From positions 1-30,057 of the forward strand of contig JBFMDF010000001.1 in the NCBI GenBank assembly GCA_040753935.1: 30,057 nt of DNA, read 5' to 3'. The number at the start of each line of letters is the position of its first letter. Within the stretch, counting starts at the first letter, position 1. Position numbers and translations under genes: made by a program. Shown in pieces: positions 1-8,342 of this stretch. This DNA is from Bacteroidota bacterium. Its GTDB lineage: Bacteria > Bacteroidota > Ignavibacteria > UBA10030 > UBA8401. The notes below the pieces were generated by a model, which saw only the letters and a program-made list of their open reading frames with translations, had not been told where the DNA came from and searched no databases.

Positions 1-1070
1 ATGAACGCATTAATCCGTAAACTCGACGACAGGTTAAGGTCTACTCCACCTAAAAGAGAATATGCGGTTGTCCCCCCTTCATAGGCAATTTTTTCTAAAT
101 AACTCACTGAGTCAATATCATTATTATAATACACGTTTCCGGAAATAGAATATTGCCCTATTCCCCAACCGATGAAATAATGAAATATCTCTCCTTCTTC
201 TGTATTGAATTGATACACAAACGAAAATGATATTGCCTTACATTCGTTGACATCATCATTCTTATTTGCGGTTTCTATTAAAAATGACAATGATTTTGAA
301 ATGTTGACACGAAACGTATACCAAGGAATTGATCTGATGGTAAACTCAGGTGAAAGACGGGAGATACGGTTTGTAGAATTTCTGTACCTGTTTTCAATGG
401 CATTAAACGCTGCGTCCAGTCCGCTAAGGTCTGGTGAAAATGTTGATATTCCATACCCAAAACTTGACTTGGGGTATGCATCAACTTCTTCGATCTCCTT
501 TCCTGACTCGTATTTTTCAGCAAGAGGAAGAATATCGGGGTCTTTGGGAGAAACGTACGTTTCATTGATCGAATAAATATTCCTCTTCACATTAGATTTT
601 TTACCTGAAACAGAAATACCATCATTATGCTGTGCTGTTTTCATAGGTGTGTTTTTACGATAATATTCCATATCGGGTTGTATAACTTCCCCATTTATGG
701 TTTCCAATTGTGCAGGGTCATCACCTATGGTATATTTGCCTGTTACCAAATCTTCATAATGATTAATTTTTTCCGCCAAGACGTGCATAAGAATTTTTAT
801 GTAAAAAAGCACCGTGTCTTGTGTTCCACTTTTGGTATTGTATGTAACGTTACAAAAGAACGTGCTGTCGGAAGAAATGTAAAACACGGCACTGGTGAAA
901 TTTTTAATACTTCGGAACATTCCGAATTGTTTTCTTTCCTCAGCATCAATCACAGCCCCTACGCGTGGGCTGATAATGACAATCGTTGCACTGTCTTGAT
1001 TTTGAGTGCGTGCAAGTTGAGATACAAAAGCAACACACATCAGGCAGCAGATAAATATTCTGGGCTGCAT
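1..1070 (-). CDS. Exported hypothetical protein, truncated by the window edge; C-terminal part looks like an outer-membrane beta-barrel
   Basis: Not in the ORF track because its stop lies outside the window. Manual translation from ATG at 1070 is open for 356 codons to base 1: MQPRIFICCLMCVAFVSQLARTQNQDSATIVIISPRVG...FHYFIGWGIGQYSISG...AYSLLGGVDLNLSSSLRINAF. It has a signal-peptide-like N-terminus, alternating aromatic/Gly strands late in the sequence, and starts 22 nt after the nucleotidase stop. Confidence 0.8.
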   Translation of the reverse strand, partial: MQPRIFICCLMCVAFVSQLARTQNQDSATIVIISPRVGAVIDAEERKQFGMFRSIKNFTSAVFYISSDSTFFCNVTYNTKSGTQDTVLFYIKILMHVLAEKINHYEDLVTGKYTIGDDPAQLETINGEVIQPDMEYYRKNTPMKTAQHNDGISVSGKKSNVKRNIYSINETYVSPKDPDILPLAEKYESGKEIEEVDAYPKSSFGYGISTFSPDLSGLDAAFNAIENRYRNSTNRISRLSPEFTIRSIPWYTFRVNISKSLSFLIETANKNDDVNECKAISFSFVYQFNTEEGEIFHYFIGWGIGQYSISGNVYYNNDIDSVSYLEKIAYEGGTTAYSLLGGVDLNLSSSLRINAF

Positions 1071-1092
1071 ACATTCCCTGTGTTTGATGATA

Positions 1093-2967
1093 CTATTTTA
1101 CCAGGATCATTTTTCTTGTTGCCGTAAATCCGTCCACTTCAAGTTTGTAAAAATATATTCCTGACGCGACATCTTTTGCATTCCATACTATTTCTTTTTG
1201 ACCAGCAGAGAGTTCCCCGCTGATCAACGTCGCAATCTCCTGCCCTAATACATTATAAACCTTCAATGTCACCAATCCCGTCACCGGAACAGCAAACCGT
1301 ATTGTTGTTGCCGGGTTGAACGGATTCGGATAATTCTGTTCCAACCGAAATTCGGTAGGAGGGGCTGGATTCTTTTCTTCCTTCACCGGACTCACCACAC
1401 TGTTACGCCGCTGGGGATAAATTGTATCCCGCTGCATAACATAGGCAACCAACGTTTGAAATTCTGTCGAATCATTATAGATAACCAAATCAGAGTATGG
1501 AATTTCCAGTTGATCCATTACCAACGGTGTAAATTCGTTGGAGACAACCGTATATTCTTTCATCAGATCAAGAGGTTGACCGCCGATGAGCACTTCCGTC
1601 ACACGCGAGCCCGCAGGGTTGTTAGGATTATATGTGTATGTTAATCCACTCGCCTGGATTAAAAATTCGTCGTCTGCTTCTATTGAAGAAAGCCCGAATT
1701 CAAGACCGTACATCAGTGCCATTCCGCTCATTTTAAATGTTGCCATTCTGAATCCGAGATAATTATGTTCGTTAAAACCGTATCCAACCACGCGAAAAAG
1801 ATCTGCCGCAACAATTGCACCCTTATACAACGGCTGCGCGGTTGAACCTCCCGCCTCTATGGCAATGTCCGTCTTGAATATTTCACGGTATGCGTCGGTC
1901 ACCAAATTGCCGATCGGTGTATCCTTTGGACCGTTGCCGGTTAAATTAGTTGCGACTTCATCAAATTGTTCTGCGGCATACCCAATAGGGTTGCTATAGA
2001 GAGGTCCGAAAATTCCTTCGACTGAATTTTTCATTACGTCAATCATCATGGCAGTCTGCACATCTTCGGCAATTGTTGAATCCACCTGAATCAGTTCATA
2101 CCCGGCAAGGCGGACAGTATTTGATTCCTTAATCACCGTTATTTTTCCAAGTTGCAGGTAGAATCCATCGGTCTGAACTACGTACGTTGTATCGCCGGAA
2201 ATATTAGAAATCGGTACCGGCTGTTCAAATTTTTTATGATCATGCCCACCAATGATAAGATGTATTCCGGGAACGTATGCCGCGACTGCCTGATCAATAC
2301 CGAATCCGAGGTGCGACAAACAAATTATCAGATCGCATCCTTGCGAAGAGAGCGTATCAACCATAGCCGCCGCTGTTTCAAGAATAAGGGTATCAACAAC
2401 TGCCGGCGCAGGATTTGAAAGAAGATTCGTCGAAGGAGTCAGCAATCCGAAGATACCAACCGTGATGGTGCCGTACTGTTTGACGAGGTACGGTTGAATG
2501 TACTGTTTGAGCGGCTGCACATCCGGCGCATCGAGAATGAGATTCGCAGAAAGAAGAGGAAAGCGCGCAGATTGGAAAACGGTATCACAGGCGTGATACA
2601 ACATTCCGGGACCGAGATCGAACTCATGGTTGCCGATTGCCATCGCATCAATTCCCATGGAAAGGAGCACGCTGAGTTCTCCTGCACCCACGGTTCCATT
2701 GAATACCGGATCACCGATGAATGAATCTCCGGCGTGCAGTGTCAGCACGTTTGCGGATTGCATGCGTGTTTGATTGATCAGCGTTGCAGCGCGCGCCGCG
2801 CCACCAAGTGTTCCTTTCATCTGATCATCTTTTGGTCCGATCGGAAGTATATTGGAATGTGTATCGTTCAAATGAAGGATCACCAATGTATCGGCAGCCG
2901 CGGTTGCTTTGGTGAATCCGATAACGACTGCCGACACGAGTGTAAGAATAGATTGAATAGTTTTCAT
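1093..2967 (-). CDS. 5'-nucleotidase/UshA-CpdB family metallophosphoesterase with C-terminal T9SS type A sorting domain
   Basis: Signal peptide; calcineurin-like motifs HLNDTHS, AGD, GNHEFD, SHLG, GGHDH; 5'-nucleotidase C-domain (DTPIGNLVTDA); C-terminal EQNYPNPFNPATTIRF...KVYNVLGQEI...ASGIYFYKL...RKMILVK. Confidence 0.9.
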   Translation of the reverse strand: MKTIQSILTLVSAVVIGFTKATAAADTLVILHLNDTHSNILPIGPKDDQMKGTLGGAARAATLINQTRMQSANVLTLHAGDSFIGDPVFNGTVGAGELSVLLSMGIDAMAIGNHEFDLGPGMLYHACDTVFQSARFPLLSANLILDAPDVQPLKQYIQPYLVKQYGTITVGIFGLLTPSTNLLSNPAPAVVDTLILETAAAMVDTLSSQGCDLIICLSHLGFGIDQAVAAYVPGIHLIIGGHDHKKFEQPVPISNISGDTTYVVQTDGFYLQLGKITVIKESNTVRLAGYELIQVDSTIAEDVQTAMMIDVMKNSVEGIFGPLYSNPIGYAAEQFDEVATNLTGNGPKDTPIGNLVTDAYREIFKTDIAIEAGGSTAQPLYKGAIVAADLFRVVGYGFNEHNYLGFRMATFKMSGMALMYGLEFGLSSIEADDEFLIQASGLTYTYNPNNPAGSRVTEVLIGGQPLDLMKEYTVVSNEFTPLVMDQLEIPYSDLVIYNDSTEFQTLVAYVMQRDTIYPQRRNSVVSPVKEEKNPAPPTEFRLEQNYPNPFNPATTIRFAVPVTGLVTLKVYNVLGQEIATLISGELSAGQKEIVWNAKDVASGIYFYKLEVDGFTATRKMILVK

Positions 2968-3000
2968 GACAATTCCTCTGTTTTTTTGTCCCGCATGATG

Positions 3001-3549
3001 TTATTCTTTTGACGGTTTGTTAATCGAGTATCCGAAGACAAATGATAATCGGTTGCCGTCGGGATTTGTTGCCATCACAATGTTCAATGGAATGTTCACT
3101 CCGCCGTAGTCAAGCACATAACCGACCGCAACAACTAATGCGGTTGAAATCTTCGTCGGCGTAACGATGGCGTTCGGACCCATGCCGAATTCAAATCCGC
3201 TGGGAAGACGAATACCCATCACCAATGATGCACTGGGAATTAATGTTCCGTATTCAACTCCTGCGACGAGCGGTACAAATTGAATGACGAATGATGGGCG
3301 CTCTCCTTCCGGCTGCACCTGATACTCAAAGTGCCATCCGAACTGACTGATGAACCGGCCGATGCTTTTTTGTTTTAAGTCGTACACCAATTTGCCCTCA
3401 CCAATAACAGAGGTAATTCCTAATCTTGGGCCGCCAAGATTATTCTCGCCGAACTTTAATTCTTTCAAAAAGCCGGCAGACGTTTGGCTGTAGGTACATG
3501 TAACCGCTGTTACCAAAGCCACTGCGAGTATTGCCGATATTTTTTTCAT
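3001..3549 (-). CDS. Exported hypothetical protein, probable small outer-membrane beta-barrel
   Basis: 182 aa; signal peptide; SD-like AGGAGG upstream; amphipathic strands (SQFGWHFEY, GFEFGMGP, LSFVFGYS). Confidence 0.7.
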   Translation of the reverse strand: MKKISAILAVALVTAVTCTYSQTSAGFLKELKFGENNLGGPRLGITSVIGEGKLVYDLKQKSIGRFISQFGWHFEYQVQPEGERPSFVIQFVPLVAGVEYGTLIPSASLVMGIRLPSGFEFGMGPNAIVTPTKISTALVVAVGYVLDYGGVNIPLNIVMATNPDGNRLSFVFGYSINKPSKE

Positions 3550-3605
3550 GATATCCTCCTATGGTGATTTTTGTAAAAGTTGTTTTTTTGTCTTTCTCCA
3601 CAGCT

Positions 3606-3658
3606 AACTTACCCGCAACCAACAAGAGAGTTGTCATAGAATTGTCAAATGGCCGTCA
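3606..3658 (-). promoter_or_regulatory. Probable activator-dependent promoter of the leftward operon: three 11-bp-phased repeats plus a TAAGTT element
   Basis: Plus-strand TTGTCAT (3631), TTGTCAA (3642), CCGTCAA (3653), GTCA cores exactly 11 bp apart. On the minus strand TAAGTT (3611-3606) lies 20 nt downstream of the proximal ATGACA. Confidence 0.6.
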
Positions 3659-3691
3659 AAGTTTTGTGGAAATTGAGGAAAGAAATATTCC

Positions 3692-3722
3692 TTGAAAGTG
3701 AACGTCTGGGGCTGTATTTTGC
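3692..3722 (+). promoter_or_regulatory. Bacteroidota-type housekeeping promoter of the kinase/regulator pair
   Basis: TTG (3692-3694) - 20 nt - TATTTTGC (3715-3722), resembling the -33 TTTG / -7 TAnnTTTG consensus. Confidence 0.5.
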
Positions 3723-3746
3723 ACACGCACAACCGAAGGGTGGGGT

Positions 3747-6176
3747 ATGAGGAACCAAAAATCTTCTCGCATGATCGGGTATTTCTATCTCCTTGCCGAT
3801 TTGCTGATTCTTATTGTTTGCCTGCAGCATATCCCATCGATTGCTCAGCGTGCACATTTCCCAATGTCTATCGTTTCACAGGGGGAAACTGTTACCGTCA
3901 AGGAAATCATCTCTGCGCATCATGCTCAACATCTCTCAGTCGGTGACACTGTGCTTTCGGTGAGCGGACTTCAACCACGAAATATTTTTGAACTGCAATT
4001 CATTGCCGATACAAAAAAGAAAAACGACACCATCTCGGTTGCGGTCAGCCGAAGAGGTGAAATATTTCAAACAGCCGTAGTATTACTTCCCTACTACACC
4101 ACAATACGCTTTATTCTGATTACATTTTTTGTCGGCATTGTTATGTTTATGTTGAGCGGATTGCTGATCTTCTCTATCCCTCACGAGCCACTTGTACATT
4201 ATCTTCATAACATTATTGTTTCATTGAGCGCAGCGTTGATGTTAACGTGGGGCACGATGGATGGTTCACTGTGGACTGCCGTAGCTACTATTCTATTCTT
4301 TCTCTCATACTTTCTGTTCGGCCTTGTTTTTCTGTTATTCTGCTACGCATTGTGGAAACCGTTGGGACCTGTTCCATTATGGATAACTCTTGCATTGTAC
4401 ACGGCAGTAGTATGTTACTCCGGTTGGACTTCGTATCTTTATTTTTCATCTGTTGCGCAGATATCGCTTGAACAGTTTAGAGTTTTTTCTGTCTATCTTT
4501 TCATCTTTCGTTTGTTAGTTGTAGTAGCCGTGTGTGTTGGTATGGGATTGCTCATTGCAACACTCGGAAAGAAAACTTCACCTGAAGATGCCACGAGAGT
4601 GCGGTGGGTCATCGGCGGTATTGTGGGAGGCGGTTTACCATATACAATATTCGGAATTATTCCTGTAACATTTTTCGGCGCCGATGCATTTGCGGAAGAA
4701 ATCAGCACACTCTTCTTCCTGTTGGTTCCGCTTTGCATCTCTGTTGCCTTCATTCGATACAATCTATTGAATCTCCGTTCGTTTGTCAGACGCCAGAGAA
4801 TTTCCACTATCTTTCGTCTGCTTCTCTACAGCTGTGTTATCTTTATCTCCGCCGTACTCGCCGCACACGTTGTTGAGTGGGAACAGTTCGATACACATTT
4901 CGTTATTGCTTTTATTGCCGGCACTTTGGTAGTGTTGCTGCTCTCTGTTGGAACTGTGTTTGAGCAATATGTCGATGAGAAGTTATTTCAGACAAAACTG
5001 AATTTCCGAAAAACGCTGAAAGATTCGATTGCCGAACTGCAGACCTCGCTCGACGACCGTTCGCTGTTTCACCGCTTGCTTGAGGTTATACACCATCATC
5101 TTCCCATCCGCGCGGCTGCAGTGTACCAATACAACAACGGCGTTACTCGGCAATTGCAGTACATCGGACAGCAACAAGGAACCGCAGACATCAAGGGGGA
5201 CACTATTCGTCTCATCGAAAACAATGTTTCACCAATTGTTCAACTCCATACCACCGCTACCAACAACGGTGTCTTCGATTACGCCATTGCAATACGAAAA
5301 CAGTCGGGAGAACTTGCCGCCATTATCGGTTTGTATCTTGAAATGCGGCACGACAGGCTCGAAGATGAAGATCGTGATTTTCTCACTTCGTTGGCTGCAG
5401 AAGCGTCGCTGATGCTGGAACGGTTCCAACTACAGGAAGAAATTATCTTAAAGAAAAATGAAGCGCGGCGATCCGAAGAAATGAATGCGTTGAAATCCTT
5501 TTTTGTTTCCAGCGTTTCCCATGATCTTCGACTTCCGCTGACAACAATTCGTATGTACACGGAACTACTGAATGACGACCATGGCCTTTCTAAAAGAAAG
5601 AAATCGATATTTCTCCGAACAATTTTAGGAGAAACAGACAGATTAACACAGTCCGTGGAGAATATTCTCAACATTACCGCTATTGAGCGAGGGAAATTTC
5701 AGCTTACCTTCTATCCGGTCGACGTACGGCTCATTGTGAAACGAGCCGTACAAGCGATGCAGTATGAAATTAAAAAAAGATCTGCCACTGTCATGCTCTC
5801 TCTGCCAAATCATAAACTGACTGTGCTGGCGGATGAAACCGCGTTAGAGCGGGCGGTGATGAACTTAATTTCAAACGCGTTGAAATACTCGTTACAAAAA
5901 TCGAGAGTCACTGTAACGGTAAGAAAACAATCTTCCACTGGCACTATTATCGTGTCCGATCATGGCATCGGAATCCCTCGTCAAGAACAGGCAAAAATTT
6001 TTGAAAAATTTTACCGCATCGAACGGAGTCCTCGGCTTCAGCAGTTGAGTGGATTGGGAATTGGACTGGCTGTGGTGAAGTATATCGTCAATCAACATCA
6101 TGGAACAATCTCTCTTTCAAGTAAACTAAACAAAGGGACGACATTCACTATTTCACTTCCTCTCACCGTCGCATAA
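3747..6176 (+). CDS. Membrane sensor histidine kinase (PDZ-like, about 9-10 TM helices, GAF-like linker, HisKA, HATPase_c)
   Basis: PDZ-like LSVGDTVLSVSG; many hydrophobic segments; H-box SSVSHDLRLPL; N-box MNLISNALKYS; G1 VSDHGIGIP; F-box IFEKFYR; G2 GLGIGLAVV. Confidence 0.92.
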   Translation: MRNQKSSRMIGYFYLLADLLILIVCLQHIPSIAQRAHFPMSIVSQGETVTVKEIISAHHAQHLSVGDTVLSVSGLQPRNIFELQFIADTKKKNDTISVAVSRRGEIFQTAVVLLPYYTTIRFILITFFVGIVMFMLSGLLIFSIPHEPLVHYLHNIIVSLSAALMLTWGTMDGSLWTAVATILFFLSYFLFGLVFLLFCYALWKPLGPVPLWITLALYTAVVCYSGWTSYLYFSSVAQISLEQFRVFSVYLFIFRLLVVVAVCVGMGLLIATLGKKTSPEDATRVRWVIGGIVGGGLPYTIFGIIPVTFFGADAFAEEISTLFFLLVPLCISVAFIRYNLLNLRSFVRRQRISTIFRLLLYSCVIFISAVLAAHVVEWEQFDTHFVIAFIAGTLVVLLLSVGTVFEQYVDEKLFQTKLNFRKTLKDSIAELQTSLDDRSLFHRLLEVIHHHLPIRAAAVYQYNNGVTRQLQYIGQQQGTADIKGDTIRLIENNVSPIVQLHTTATNNGVFDYAIAIRKQSGELAAIIGLYLEMRHDRLEDEDRDFLTSLAAEASLMLERFQLQEEIILKKNEARRSEEMNALKSFFVSSVSHDLRLPLTTIRMYTELLNDDHGLSKRKKSIFLRTILGETDRLTQSVENILNITAIERGKFQLTFYPVDVRLIVKRAVQAMQYEIKKRSATVMLSLPNHKLTVLADETALERAVMNLISNALKYSLQKSRVTVTVRKQSSTGTIIVSDHGIGIPRQEQAKIFEKFYRIERSPRLQQLSGLGIGLAVVKYIVNQHHGTISLSSKLNKGTTFTISLPLTVA

Positions 6177-6180
6177 TAGT

Positions 6181-6861
6181 ATGAAAAACATTCTCATTGT
6201 CGAAGATGAAATACCCGTCCGCAACGGATTGCGAGAACTGCTAACACAAGAAAATTTTTCAGTGGATACTTGCGGAACGGGAAAAGCCTGCCTCGATGCA
6301 GTAAAAACAACGGTGTATGATCTGATCATTCTCGACATCATGCTGTCGGATATGTCGGGATTCGATGTTTGCCGGACAATGCGTTCGCGCAACGTGTCGT
6401 CAAAAATTTTAATGCTGACGGCACGAAGTGAAGAAATTGACAAGGTTCTGGGCCTTGAACTCGGCGCTGATGACTATGTCACAAAACCATTTGGCAATAA
6501 AGAACTCATCGCCCGTGTCCGTGCGTTGCTGCGCAGGCAGGAAAAAATATCACAATCACTCGGAGAAGTTTCGTTTGACGGAATGAAATTTGATTTTGCA
6601 AAACAGAATGCTCTTCGGGGCAAAGAAGAACTGCGCTTGAGCGCAAAAGAATTTAAACTGCTTCACTATTTTCTTCAACACGAAGGCGAGGTTGTCACGC
6701 GAGAACAATTGCTGAACGATATCTGGGGCTATGACAGCACCCCAACAACGCGAACGGTGGATAATTACGTTTTATCCCTTCGCAAAAAAATTGAAAAAAA
6801 CCACCGGAAGCCAAAACATCTCATCACCGTTCACACTTCGGGATATAAATTTGTACGATAG
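6181..6861 (+). CDS. OmpR/PhoB-family response regulator
   Basis: REC motifs ILIVEDE, IILDIML, GADDYVTKPF; winged helix LLNDIWGYD...TRTVDNYVLSLRKKIE...GYKF; 4 nt after the kinase stop. Confidence 0.95.
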   Translation: MKNILIVEDEIPVRNGLRELLTQENFSVDTCGTGKACLDAVKTTVYDLIILDIMLSDMSGFDVCRTMRSRNVSSKILMLTARSEEIDKVLGLELGADDYVTKPFGNKELIARVRALLRRQEKISQSLGEVSFDGMKFDFAKQNALRGKEELRLSAKEFKLLHYFLQHEGEVVTREQLLNDIWGYDSTPTTRTVDNYVLSLRKKIEKNHRKPKHLITVHTSGYKFVR

Positions 6862-6955
6862 TTGAGTCTTTATAAAAGAGATGGCCGCGTAAAATTGAAG
6901 TACCGGCACACTAATCAAAGACGAAGTACGACATTTATGGTGTATCGGATGGGGC

Positions 6956-8281
6956 TTATTTCAAATAATACTTCAGAGGATTTGGCGTCAGTTTGCACTC
7001 TTCCGCAATGGAAAACGGAGCAATTTTCCCTTCACTCCGTAGTTGATACAACCGCGGAACAATTTTATCGCGTAAATCAATCGGCGTCAGTGGGTTAATG
7101 TAGATTGAGGTTCCCCCTTCGAATCCTGCCGGCACGTTCATTCGCCATTTCAACATTACGTGCCATGGCATCTTGTACACCGAATCAATCGGCGTGTAGT
7201 ACCACTCTTCATTACAGGAAGATTGCGAACCGAGTGCGGCATGGCAGGCGTGAACGATATCGCTGAATCCCCGTACTTCTTCGTCGGTGTGTTCGTACGG
7301 GCGGGCAGCGTTTGACTTCGAGTAAATTTCTATCGTCGGGTAGCGATGTCCAATACCAACGTAGGCAATGGCATAATCATTTTCTGCAAAGACGAAGTTG
7401 AACTGCGCGGCAAAATTTGCCCCGAGTTCGTTAAACACATTGGCATCCTGCCGCACCATCTCTATTTGTCGTTCAATGGAGGCGCCCCACTCATCCAATG
7501 CACAAACTTGTTTGTGAAGATGATCGAACGATGCACCTGCTGAGCGAAGCCAGTTTTGAAAAATGCTGATGTAACGGATGTAGCGGTTGTACTCCAGCAT
7601 ATCTTTCATTGCCTCTATGACAAACTTGAAATAGTAATAATGTTCTTCCACCGTTAAATCGCCTGAGGAACGGATTTGTGCATCGTACTGCGCATCATGG
7701 GCATAGTGCCAGCGCGCAATCACTAATTCATGACAGCCGCCAAAGAAGGCGTCCATCATGTTGACTTTTTCGAACGCCGATTTTCGTCTAATCTGTTCTT
7801 CGGTTTTTCCGGCTTGCTGAAGTTTGTAATGAATAATATTGTTGATGTGCTCTGCACCTTTGGGGTTGGCAAAGTAGGCATCGCGCCATTCTGTGAGACG
7901 GCGATTGAGTTTATAGCCGTAATTTTTCTTCCAGTAATCAATGGTAACTATTTCAAACAAATTTCCTGTGCGACGAAACTCTGCCGCTGTGTCGAAATAT
8001 TTATCCGGTTCGAGATGGTAGAGCGTTTTATACTGTCCGTCAATTTTCACCAGGCGAGCTTTTTCCGGGGGCGTTTCAAAGTAACGGGTGGAACAGAAAC
8101 TGCAGTAGTCTTCCTTGTTTGATCGAACCAGCAGTTTTGCCGTTGCAGGAACTTCGTTGGTAATCGGCTTGCTGCTTCTGCCGGGGACTGCCCACACTTC
8201 GGTGCCGGTAAACGGATTGATTTGCTTTACCGTACCATCCGGCATGATGTTATAGTATGAAGTGTGATTACGAGGGAACAT
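6956..8281 (-). CDS. DUF4921-family protein, GalT/HIT-like nucleotidyltransferase fold
   Basis: N-terminus DGTVKQINPFTGTEVWAVPGR recognised as DUF4921-like; CSFC (CxxC); FQNW...AGASFDHLHKQ matching the GalT HxHxQ motif. Alternative start at 8245 (MPDG). Confidence 0.75.
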   Translation of the reverse strand: MFPRNHTSYYNIMPDGTVKQINPFTGTEVWAVPGRSSKPITNEVPATAKLLVRSNKEDYCSFCSTRYFETPPEKARLVKIDGQYKTLYHLEPDKYFDTAAEFRRTGNLFEIVTIDYWKKNYGYKLNRRLTEWRDAYFANPKGAEHINNIIHYKLQQAGKTEEQIRRKSAFEKVNMMDAFFGGCHELVIARWHYAHDAQYDAQIRSSGDLTVEEHYYYFKFVIEAMKDMLEYNRYIRYISIFQNWLRSAGASFDHLHKQVCALDEWGASIERQIEMVRQDANVFNELGANFAAQFNFVFAENDYAIAYVGIGHRYPTIEIYSKSNAARPYEHTDEEVRGFSDIVHACHAALGSQSSCNEEWYYTPIDSVYKMPWHVMLKWRMNVPAGFEGGTSIYINPLTPIDLRDKIVPRLYQLRSEGKIAPFSIAEECKLTPNPLKYYLK

Positions 8282-8300
8282 GGGATGTTCCTTGTGAGTA

Positions 8301-8331
8301 AGTGACCGTCACCGGTAAGGTGACGGTCACT
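8301..8331. repeat. Perfect 13-bp inverted repeat with self-palindromic arms (REP-like)
   Basis: AGTGACCGTCACC-ggtaa-GGTGACGGTCACT; each arm contains GTGAC-N-GTCAC. Confidence 0.85.
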
Positions 8332-8342
8332 GTAATGTTGCG

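Noticed and set aside
247-1127. ORFs 247..576 (+), 278..565 (-) and 627..1127 (+)
   Set aside because: They are shadows of the longer minus-strand frame 1070 to <1, which has a signal peptide and fits the operon.
6181-6861. Naming the regulator phoB because of the pho-box-like repeats
   Set aside because: GTCA-type phased repeats are used by several OmpR-family members, the kinase is not PhoR-like, and no pst/phoU genes are present.
7118-7135. TTCGAATCCTGCCGGCAC resembling a tRNA T-arm
   Set aside because: It lies inside a coding sequence (PAGFEG on the minus strand) with no D-arm, anticodon arm or acceptor stem.
7075-7195. 13-bp direct repeat AATCAATCGGCGT (7075, 7183)
   Set aside because: Both copies encode TPID inside DUF4921; two copies only, with no array or target-site duplication context.
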